From Mobula hypostoma (lineage: Eukaryota), in contig NC_086108.1 of NCBI RefSeq assembly GCF_963921235.1, forward strand, positions 105,216,001-105,280,000: DNA of 64,000 bases, given 5' to 3'. Under the pieces are notes generated by a model that saw only the letters and a list, made by a program, of their open reading frames with translations, was not told the DNA's origin and ran no database searches. Below are positions 39,516-49,979 of this stretch, in pieces (position 1 is the stretch's first letter; the number at the start of each line of letters is the position of its first letter). Made by a program: the position numbers and the translations under genes.

Positions 39516-42500
39516 TTACAGGTTAAGTCTATCAGGCGGTCGAGTCCGTCGCTGTGATCTACGTAGCACCGGCGATGGCGGTTGTGCTGGCTCCGGCCTG
39601 ACTTCACGTGCCAGCACGTTAGGCGTCGGTAATCCCTCGTGCATGTGCGTCGTGCCCGGTATGGGAGTGTCGTGTGGTGTCTGTATAGGGTTTGGGGTGC
39701 ACGGTGTCTTGTAGGTACATACATTGGTGGGTATGGGGTCAATAGTCACCACGGAATGTTCAGGGTAGGGGCCCGGAGCTCCTGTGGGCGCCAGGTCGCG
39801 GATGGAGACTGTGTCCTCCCGCCCATCAGGTAAAACCACGTAGGCATACTGGGGGTTCACATGAAGTAAGTGAACCCTCTCGACCATCGGGGAGTATTTA
39901 TTGCTCCTCGCATGTTTCCGAAGCAGCACTGGCCCCGGGGACGTCAGCCAAGTTGGTAGGGTGGTTCCAGTGGTCGATTTTCGGGGAAAAGAAAAGAGCC
40001 ACTCATGAGGGGTGGCATTGGTGGCCGTGCATAACAGGGAGCGGATGGAGTGGAGTGCCTCGGGAAGGACCTCCTGCCAGCGGGAGAGCGGCAGTCCCTT
40101 TGACCTGAGGGCTAAGAGTGTGGCTTTCCACACTGTGCCATTCTCCTTCTCTACCTGTCCATTCCCCTGGGGATTATAGCTCGTGGTCCTACTAGTTGCA
40201 ATTCCCCTAGCCAGCAGGTATTGGCACAGCTCGTCACTCATAAACGTGGACCCTCTGTCACTGTGGATATAGCATGGGTATCCGAACAGAGTGAAGAGCT
40301 TGCGCAGGGCTTTTATAACTGACGTGGTAGTGGTGTCGGGGCAGGGGATGGCGAAGGGGAACCGCGAGTACTCATCAATTACGTTAAGAAAGTACACATT
40401 GCGGTCGGTGGAGGGAAGGGGGGCCCTTAAAGTCAACACTCAGTCGCTCAAAGGGGCGGGTGGCCTTGATGAGTGGTGCCTTTTCGGGTCGGTAGAAGTG
40501 CGGTTTGCACTCTGCGCAGACTTGGCAGTCCCTGGTCATCATCCTGATCTCCTCAAGGGAGTAAGGCAGGTTCCGGGCTTTCACGAAGTGGAAAAGCCGG
40601 GTGACTCCTGGGTGGCAAAGGTCTACATGTAGGGCGTATAGCCGGTCGATCTGCGCGCTGGCACATTTTCCCCGGGATAGGGCATCGGAGGGCTCGTTGA
40701 GCTTCCCAGGCCTGTACATGATGTCATAGTTGTAGGTGGAGAGTTCGATTCTCCACCTCAGAATTTTATCATTCTTGATTTTGCCCCACTGTTGGTTATT
40801 AAACATGAATGCGACTGAGCGCTGGTCAGTTAACAGGGTGAACCTTTTGTCGGCAAGATAGTGCCTCCAGTGCCTTATAACTTCCACTATGGCCTGGGCC
40901 TCTTTCTCCACCGCAGAGTGCCGAATTTCAGGGCCTTGAAGGGTACGGGAGAAGAACGCCACCGGTCTTCCCGCCTGGTTGAGGGTAGCAGCCAGCGCAA
41001 AGTCGGAGGCGTCACTCTCTACTTGGAAGGGAATGGCCTCATCCACCGCATGCATTGCTGCTTTGGCAATGTCCCCTTTTATGTGGTTGAAGGCTGCGTG
41101 GGCCTCGGCAGAGAGGGGGAATGTGGTGGACTTGACCAGGGGGCGGGCCTTGTCTGCGTAGTTAGAGACCCATTGGGCGTAATATGAAAAGAAGTCCAGG
41201 CACCTTTTGAGGGCTCTGAGGGTATTGGGAAGAGGGAGTTCCAACAAGGGGCGCATACGGTCGGAGTCAGGGCCAATGACTCCATTCTCCACGACACATC
41301 CAAGGATAGCAAGTCGGGTGGTCCCTAATACACACTTATCCTTGTTATAGGTGAGGTTGAAAGATTTGGCCGCTTGGAGAAATTTTAGAAGGTTGTTGTC
41401 GTGATCCTGCTGGTTGTGACCACAGATGGTGATGTTATCCAGATATGGGAACGTGGCCTTCAGTTGGCACTGGTCCACCATCTGGTCCATTGCCCTCTGG
41501 AAGACAGATACACCATTCGTGACACCAAAGGGGACACGCAGGAATTGATAAAGCCTGCCGTCCGCCTCGAAGGCAGTGTAAGGGCGGTCCTTCCGGCGGA
41601 TGGGGAGCTGATGGTAAGTGGATTTTAGGTCTATGGTCGAGTACACCTTGTACTGTGCTATCTGATTGACCATATCCGTGATGCGGGGTAGAGGGTACGC
41701 GTCGAGCTGCATGAACCTATTGATGGTCTGACTATAGTCCACGACCACCCTATTCTTCTCCCCGTTCCGAACAACGACCACCTGCGCCCTCCAAGGACTT
41801 GTGCTTGCCTCAATGACCCCCTCCCTGAGCAGCCGCTACACCTCCGACTTAATGAAAGCTCTATCCCCCGCGCTGTACCTCCTGCTTTTAGTTGCCACGG
41901 GTTTACAGTCGGGGGTCAGGTTGGCGAACAGCGGTGGGGGAGGGATCCTGAGGGTCGAGAGGCCACAAGTGGTGTCGGTAGTGTGGCAGTTGGCATGATG
42001 TTGGGTGGGATGCGCGGGTCGGTGTGTGTGTGTGGTCAGTAGCGGGGTACGTGACATATCTCTACAAAACAGGGGATTTATGACAGTAATTGGTGGGAGG
42101 GGCCCATCATACTTCATTGTCACGCTTTTCAGGTGGCTCTGGAAGTCCAACCCCAACAGCACAGGGGCACACAGTTGAGGCAAGACCAGTAACTTAAAGT
42201 CCCGATATTCTGTGCCCTGCACCACTAGCATCACTGCACAACGCCCCCCTGGATGTCTGTTGTATGCGACCCGAAGGCCATGGTGACCCTCTAACTTACC
42301 GGCCGTATCATAAGTCCACAATGCTGCACCGTGGCCGGATGGATAAAACTCTCCGTGCTGCCTGTGTGAAACAGGCAGCTTGTCCTGTGCCCCTCCACCA
42401 GGATGTCCATCATTGACCTTGCGAGCTGGTGGGGAGCGCTTTGGTCGAGGGTCACGGAAGCCAGGGTGGGGTCGCTGTCTTGGTCCGGCGCGGTGGGGTG

Positions 42501-43379
42501 CCCCGTGAGCACCCGTTGGTCGTAGGCGGTGGGAGGTGGTGCCGACCAAGATGGCCGCCCCCATGTCTCGCACATGGTGGCGGCGTGCAGGGAAGATGGC
42601 GGCCCCCATGTCTCACACGCGGCGCTGATCAATCCCGCTCGCGGTTTTGACTTACAGACCTTGGCGAAATGGCCCTTCTTTCCGCAGCTGGAACAGGTAG
42701 CTTGTCGGGCCGCGCAGCGTTTCCGGGGGTGCTTCTCCAGTCCGCAGAAGTAGCACTTCGCGGACTCACGACTGGCTGCAGCCGAGGTCGATTCGCCGGC
42801 GGGTTGCGGGGTCTGCGGCGCCCACGAGGCCATCGGGGGATCGCGTGCCTGGAGAGCCTCGGAGTTATGCAGAGCGGCCTCCAACGTATCAGCCAGCTCG
42901 ATCGCCGAACTTAGGGTAAGATCAGCTTTTTCCAGCAGCCGCTGGCGCACGTACACTGACCTGGTCCCCGTAACGAAGGCGTCTCTCACTAGGAGTTCTG
43001 CATGCTGCGCCGCCGTCAGCTCCTGGCAATTGCAGGCCCGCACGAGTGTCTGTAGGGCCCGGACAAACTCAGCACTCGATTCCCCGGACCGTTGTTGCCG
43101 TGTCGCTAAGCGATGCCGAGCATAGACGCTGTTTATCGGCCGCAGGTATTGTCTTTTGAGTGCGTTCATCGCGCCGTCGTAGTTCGGCTGGTCTCTGATC
43201 AGCGAATAAACCCGTGGACTGACCCTGGAGAGTAGAACTCTGCGCTTCGCTACGGGATCGGTCGCTTTAATCTCCTCTAGATACGCTTCGAAGCAGGCCA
43301 GCCAGAGTTCGAAAGCGTTTCCAGCGTCAGGAATTTGCGGATGGAGGTCTAATTTGTCTGGTCTCAGAGGCTGTTCCAT
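39516..43379 (-). pseudogene. gag-pol polyprotein with 2 premature stops (42291, 41836) and 2 frameshifts (about 42245 and 40420)
   Basis: Gag CYFCGLEKHPRKRC and CSSCGKKGHFAKVC; PR LFHTGS; RT DAYPLP, DLKSTYHQ, VPFGVTN, YLDN; RH DAS…EKE…TDQ…DALSR; IN HHCC and D…SDRG…VEKEN. Confidence 0.93.
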
Positions 43380-43405
43380 GTTTTAAAATGTACAGCGAGT
43401 AAAAT

Positions 43406-43655
43406 TGAAGCACCTTCAATTACTCCAAAAGTCTGAGGTTTGGTAAAATACTGAAAGGCTCTTATTCGCTGTACAATACGACCTCCACAGTGAGTGTCTG
43501 CCCCTGGACTGAGGGGAAGGGGCAAGGCGAACACCTTTATACAGGACTCTGTGGGAGGAGCCACAGGGGCAGTCAGAGGAGCCACAGGGACAGTCAGCAG
43601 AGGTGTGTGTCCAGACAGGTAACCGAGTTACAACATATATACATGGTTTACCACA
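43406..43655 (-). repeat. 5' LTR with TATAAA (43536-43541) and a 21-bp tandem duplication
   Basis: TG…CA termini; duplication at 43555-43575 / 43576-43596. Confidence 0.95.
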
Positions 43656-44581
43656 ATTATGCATAATTATTACAAGGAAGGACTGAGGTAGTGATTAGGA
43701 TTGTGCCAGATGGTTCAAGAATCAAATAGCTGGAGGGAAATAGCTGTTCTTGAATCAACGGGTGGGGGACTTCAAGCTTCTGTACCTTCTGCTTAATAGT
43801 AGCTGTGAGGAGATGACATGGCCGGGGTGGTGGGAATCTTTAGTGGTGGATGTTGCATTATGTTATCCAGCATCTAACTGGTGTATTAATTCTAGGTATC
43901 TTTCAGTAGGTTCAGCGCTCCAGCAGAGACCCTACTAGGTGAAATAAAAGCAGAAAAGTCTCTGAAAATAGGCCTCAAACCTGAATCATTAAGAGTACAA
44001 GTTTGAAAGAAGCTGCAGAAAGTTGTAAACGCAACCAGCTCCATCATGGGCACTGGCCTCCCCGGCACTGTTGACACTTTCAAAAGGTGATGCCTCAGAA
44101 AGGAGGCATTTATCAATAAGGACCCCCAAGACTCAGGACATACCCTCTTCTCATTGCTACCATCAAGGAGGTTGTACAGAAACCAGAATACATGTACTCA
44201 ACATTTCAGGAACAGCTTCTTCCCCTCCACCATCAGATTTATGAATGGACAAATGAACCCATGAATGCTAACGCATTTTTTTTGGTTCTTTTTTTGCACT
44301 ACTTAACTTAAATTATACATATATTTCTTTCTGTAATTAGAATTTCAAAAAATTATGTATTGCATTGCACTGCTGCTGCAAACCAAACGAATTTCACAAC
44401 ATATGCTGGTAATATTAAACCTGATTCTGATCCTGAACTCTGCTGCTCTTTCCACAGATGCTGACTGACTGCTCAGGGTTTCCTGCATTTTTGATTTCCA
44501 GAACCTCAAGGGTTATTTTTGTTTTTTCTTCATGGCCACATAGTGTCAAATTCATAGCATTGTCAAGCAAAAACATATGTA

Positions 44582-45089
44582 CAGTGCCTATAAAAAGTAT
44601 TCATCACCCCCCCTCCTTGGAAGTTTTCATGTTTTATTGTTTTACAACATTGAATTACAATGGATATAATCTGGCTTTTTTAGCACTGATCAACAGAAAA
44701 GACTCTTCTGTGTCAAAGTGAAAACAAAGGTGAAATCATTGGCTTGCTGGAAAACAGATCTTCTCCCAGGTCATAGTTCTCCTGTGTACTGCATCAGGTT
44801 TCCTCCAGGATTTCCCTCTATTTTGCTGCATTCATTTTACCCTCTACCTTCACAAACCTTCCAGGGCCTGTTACAGTGAAACGTCCACACAGCCACCACC
44901 AACTTCACCACAGGGATAGTGTGTTTTTGATGATGTGCTGTGTTTGGCCTAGGCCAAACCTAGCATTTAGTCTGAGTCTTTTTCTTTTGATCATTGTCAA
45001 AAAAAGCCAGATTAAATCCACTGTGTTTTTTTTTGTTGTAAAACAATAAAACATGAAAACTTCCAAGTGGGGTGAAATTATAGGCACTG
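44582..45089 (-). mobile_element. Internally deleted Tc1 transposon
   Basis: TA flanks; TIRs of at least ~120 bp starting CAGTGCCTATAA; internal minus-strand DDE remnant PNTAHHQKHTIP…GPGRFVKVEGKMNAAK…VFQQAND. Confidence 0.85.
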
Positions 45090-45829
45090 TATAAATAATG
45101 CAAAATTCAGTTCATAGTGCAAAATGCTCATAGTTTTGCTGTAGTACAGAAGTGGTTAGGGTTGGAATTGATATTGGCATTGGCATTGGTTTATTATTGT
45201 CACATGTACTGAGGCAGAGTGGAAAGCTTGTCTTGCATACTGTTCCTACAGATCAATCCAGTGGACAGTTCATTGAGGTAGAACAAGGTAAAACAATAAC
45301 AGAATGCAGAATAAAGTGCAGCAGCTTCAGAGAAAGAACTGTGCAACCAAATAGCTAGAAGGTTAGTTTGCAGGTTGAGTCAATGCAGGGGACCACTGCA
45401 CAGGATCGAAGTAAGCTGCAAAGTGTTAAAAACTTAGTCAGCTGCATCACGGGCCTCCATAGTATCCATGACATCTCCAAGGAGTGATGCCTCAAAAAGT
45501 TAGTGTCCATCATTAAGAACCCCGTCACCTAGATCATGTCCTCTTCTCATTGCTACCATCAGGAAGGAGGTCCAGAAGCCTGAAGGCACACACTGAATGA
45601 TTCAGGAATCGTTTCTTCCCCTCTGCCATCAAATCTCCTCTTCTGAACACCACCACACTACTTTTTTATTTATGTTTTTGCACTACTTATTTAATTTAAC
45701 TATTTTATTTATATGTCCTTATAGTAATTCACCGTTTTTTCTATTGTGATGTATTGCATTGTACTGCTGCCACAAAGACAACAAATTTCACAACATATGC
45801 TAATGATATTAAACTTGATTCTGATTCTG

Positions 45830-46480
45830 GTGAGGAGGGCAAATGGAATGTTAGTATTCATTTCAAGAGGACTAGAATATAAAAGGAAGGATATAATGCT
45901 GAGGCTTTATAAGGCACTGGGAGGCCTCACTTAAGAGTATTGTAAGCAGCTTTGGACCTCTTATTCAAGAAAACGCATGCTGACATTGGAGAGAGTTCAG
46001 AGGAGGTTTACAAGAAAGCTTCCTGGAATGAAAGGCTTATCTAATGAGGAGCAATTGATTAATGTCTCTAGGCCTTTATTTGCTGGAATTTAGAAGAATG
46101 AAGGGGGATCTCATTGAAACCTATCGAATATTGAAAGGCCTCGATACAGTGGATGTGGAGAGGATGTTTCCTGTGGTGGACAGGTTAGGACCATGGGTGC
46201 AACCTCAGAATAGAGGGATGCTCATTTAGAAAGGAGATAAGGAGGAATTTCTATAGCCAGAGTGTGGTGAATCTGTGAATTTCATTTTCCACAGGTGGGC
46301 TGTGGAGGCCAAGTAATTTGAGGGTATTTGAAGCGGAGGTTGATAGGTTCTTGATTAGCCAGGGTGTGAAAGGTTACGGGAAGAAGGCAGGAGAATGGGG
46401 TTGAGAGGAAAATGGATTAACCATGATGAAAAAGCTGAACAGACTCGATGAGCTTAATTCTGCTCCTATGTCTTATGGTC
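45830..46480 (+). mobile_element. Old CR1 3' fragment
   Basis: ANGMLVFISRGLEYK…LYKAL; CR1-like 3'UTR. Confidence 0.8.
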
Positions 46481-48654
46481 TTAAACATTAAGGTGGATGT
46501 CAATTGTGAGGTCAACAATCCATATTATTATACTAAATTGCAATAGTCCATTCAAGAACCGAATGGTTGGAAGGAAGTTGCTGTTCTTGAACCTGCTGGT
46601 GTGGAACTTGAGGCTTCCTTCTGCCCAATGGAGCTGCGAGAAGGTGGCATGGTCCAGAGAGTGGTCATCTTCTTTGATTATGGATGTTGCCTTCTTGTGG
46701 CAGTCCCCTTCTGCAGAAACTGCTGATGGTGGGGAGGGATGTGCCCGTAATGTTTTAGATTGCTGTGGGTCACGTCTCTGTTACTGCTGAAGGAGAATGA
46801 GTGGCTAATGTGCAACGTGTCTCCTCTCCTGTAGAACCATCTGTGTTCCTATGTCCAATGAGAGCATGAAGGCACGAATAGCATCTCACTGGTCACTGAG
46901 GTTCCAATCATACTCATGTATACAACTAAACGACTTGGTGCTCCTCTGGGACCAAGGAACAAAACACAGTACATATATCACATACAACACATGAAATTGT
47001 AATACACAACAATATTAACAGGTATAAAACATATTCTGTAGGTGTACATTGACATAAGGTGCATGTGCGACATATAGTTAAGTATACAGCAGTATTACTG
47101 TACATGGCTCACTGGCTCACGCCCACCATTTCAGTTGTATCGCTGTAGCCCGAGGGCTTCACCATTCACTGCAAAGACAGGACAGCTGAGTCTTTTAAGG
47201 GTAGAGGAGGGGGAGTATGCTTCATGATTAACTCATCATGGTGCACTGATGTGGTGGTTCTGTTTCAATCCAGCTCACCTGATCTGGAACATATCGTGGT
47301 CCAGTGTCATGCATTTTATCTGCCGAGTGAGTTTCCACGTTCGTCCTGGTAGCGGTGTATATTCCACTTCTGGCCAATGTGAACAACTGCCACCAACATA
47401 TCACTTGTGAAACCAGAGGAACCAACATACTTGACCAATGTTATACCACCAGCAAGAATGCTTACAATGCCATTCCACGCCTACACCGGAAATCTGATCA
47501 CCCGGCTGTACTTCTACTGCCAGCATATATGCAGAAGCTAAAGACTGCAGTACCAAGAAGGTATGATCAAGGGAGGTAGAAGAGTGCCTACAGGACTGCT
47601 TTGAGTTGGTGGACTGGATAATATTCAGGGATTCATCTTCGAGTCGGAATGAAGTCACCACAGTTGTGACCGACTTCATGAAGTCAGATGAGTGTAACCT
47701 TCAAGAACATACTGGACGTACCAAAACCAAAAGCTGTGGATGATCCAGGAGACTGGTAGTTTGCTGAGGACTAGATCAATGACTTTCAAGACAAGAAGTC
47801 CAGGTATGATTTACAAAAGGCTATTTTAAGAACAAAAAAATCATTCTGATTGAAGTTAGAGATGAAATTGGATGCATGTTGGCTCTGGCAGGGTTTGCTG
47901 GCCATTACTTCCTACAAGGCAAAACCTAACATTGTGAGTGGCTGTGATAATTCACTCCCAGGTGAGCTCAATGCCTTTTATTCTTGTAGGCTTTGGAAGG
48001 AAGAATAAAACTACATCTCTGTGAATCCCTGCAGCAGCTGGTTACCCTGTGATCTCTGTCTCAGAGGCTGATGCCAGAGCATCTTTCAAGAGGGTGAACT
48101 CTCGCAGGGAAACAGGCCCCGATGATGTTACTGGTAGGGGACAGAAAGTCTGTGCCAACCATCTGGCAGCAGTGTTCAAGGACGTCTTCAACCTCTCATT
48201 GCTGCCATCTGCTTCAAAAGGGCGACAATCATACCAGTGTCCAAGAAGAGTAGAGCGAGCTACCTCAATGACTATCGCCCAGTTGCACTCACGTTTACTA
48301 TGATGAAGTGCTTTGAGATATTGGTCATGGCCAGAATCAACACCTGTCTCAGTAAGGACCTGGACCTGTTGCAATTTGCCTATTGTCAATAGATTTACAG
48401 CAGATGCAATCTCACTGGCTCTCCACTTGGCCTTGGATCAAATGGACAATAACAATACCTACACCAGCCTGCTGTTTATTGACTACAGCTCTGTATTCAA
48501 CACAATCATACCCTCAGTTCTAATCAACAGGCTCCAGTATATACACCTCCGTACCTCTCTCCACAACTGGATCATTGACTTCCTCACCGGGAGAACTCGG
48601 TCTGTGCAGATCTCACCCCAGGAATATGAACTTAGCCTACTGCTCTACTCGCTC

Positions 48655-49979
48655 TGTTCCCTGTCCTGTGAGTATCTCGTGAATATGATGTAATTGTCTT
48701 ATGCTATTGGAATAACGTAATGGTCTCGTGCCATTGGAATGATGTAATTGTCCTGTGATAGTGGGGTGGTGTGATGTCACATGATGGCATGTTCCAACTG
48801 GTATATAAGGGGGACCGCAGTTGTTGCGTAGTTTGTTTTGGTAGGAACCCACCGTTGGTAGTTATACCATCAAAGAAGAAGAGAGAGTGAGAGTGAAGAA
48901 TCCGAACGAACCCCAGAGGGATTGAGGTTAAACATAGAAATAAACATAGAAAATAGGTGCAGGAGTAGGCCATTCGGCCCTTCGAGCCTGCACCGCCATT
49001 TATTATGATCATGGCTGATCATCCAACTCAGAACCCCGCCCCAGCCTTCCCTCCATACCCCCTGACCCCCGTAGCCACAAGGGCCATATCTAACTCCCTC
49101 TTAAATATAGCCAATGAACTGGCCTCAACTGTTTCCTGTGGCAGAGAATTCCACAGATTCACCACTCTCTGTGTGAAGAAGTTTTTCCTAATCTCGGTCC
49201 TAAAAGGCTTCCCCTCTATTCTCAAACTGTGACCTCTCGTTCTGGACTTCCCCAACATCGGGAACAATCTTCCTGCATCTAGCCTGTCCAATCCCTTTAG
49301 GATTTTATACGTTTCAATCAGATCCCCCCTCAATCTTCTAAATTCCAATGAGTATAAGCCTAGTCGATCCAGTCTTTCTTCATATGAAAGTCCTGCCATC
49401 CCAGGAATCAATCTGGTGAACCTTCTTTGTACTCCCTCTATGGCAAGGATGTCTTTCCTCAGATTAGGGGACCAAAACTGCACACAATACACCAGCGGCA
49501 TCCGGCGTATTGCGTGTGTGACTGACATTTGGAACCATCCATACATGGCACGCCCGTTTTGTTAACCCTTACATGGTTTGGGTATTGTGTGATGACCACT
49601 TCCGGCAGAAAGGTCAGTTACTTTGAGAACTCGTATTCTGCGTCATAACTTCGGAAAAGGTATTTCTCGGCTGGAACTGGCATCAACAGTTTCAACTTTT
49701 CTTCATTGCAAGGTTCGGGAAGTCTCTCCTCTCAGTTATTTCATGCCTCATATGGACTTTTAAACTACCACCTTAAGACTGTGCTTAAATGAGATCTGTT
49801 GAGAATTTTCTTTAAGTTCGATCGTTTGATAACTATAGAACCATAACGCTGTTAACATCTGTTTAAGTTAATCGTTCATTTACTGTTCCATGTTAATTTG
49901 AGTAGATGTTAACAAATGTCATTGTTTATTTTATAAAAACTCAACTCAAATTTATCTCTATTGCTGCTGAGTCATAACA
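48655..49979 (+). mobile_element. Solo LTR inserted in the Rex RT, itself interrupted by CR1
   Basis: TGTT…AACA termini; imperfect 4-bp TSD GCTC/TCTC; TATATAA at 48802; the host sequence rejoins across it. Confidence 0.75.
48930..49495 (-). mobile_element. Young CR1 subfamily 3' end, copy 3
   Basis: Open frame YCVQFWSPNLRKDILAIEGVQRRFTRLIPG…KNFFTQRVVNLWNSLP. Confidence 0.92.

Larger units (their letters stand above)
39224..43655 (-). mobile_element. Near full-length Gypsy LTR retrotransposon (Mag-like), disrupted
   Basis: Direct LTRs, polypurine tract, gag-PR-RT-RH-IN order; two CCHC knuckles in Gag; 5-bp TSD in the family's solo LTR. Confidence 0.95.

Noticed and set aside
39516..39800. 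env gene or chromodomain after integrase
   Set aside because: The integrase ends in a Pro/Thr-rich tail and RRSQRRTRPPDRL; the PPT follows within about 50 bp
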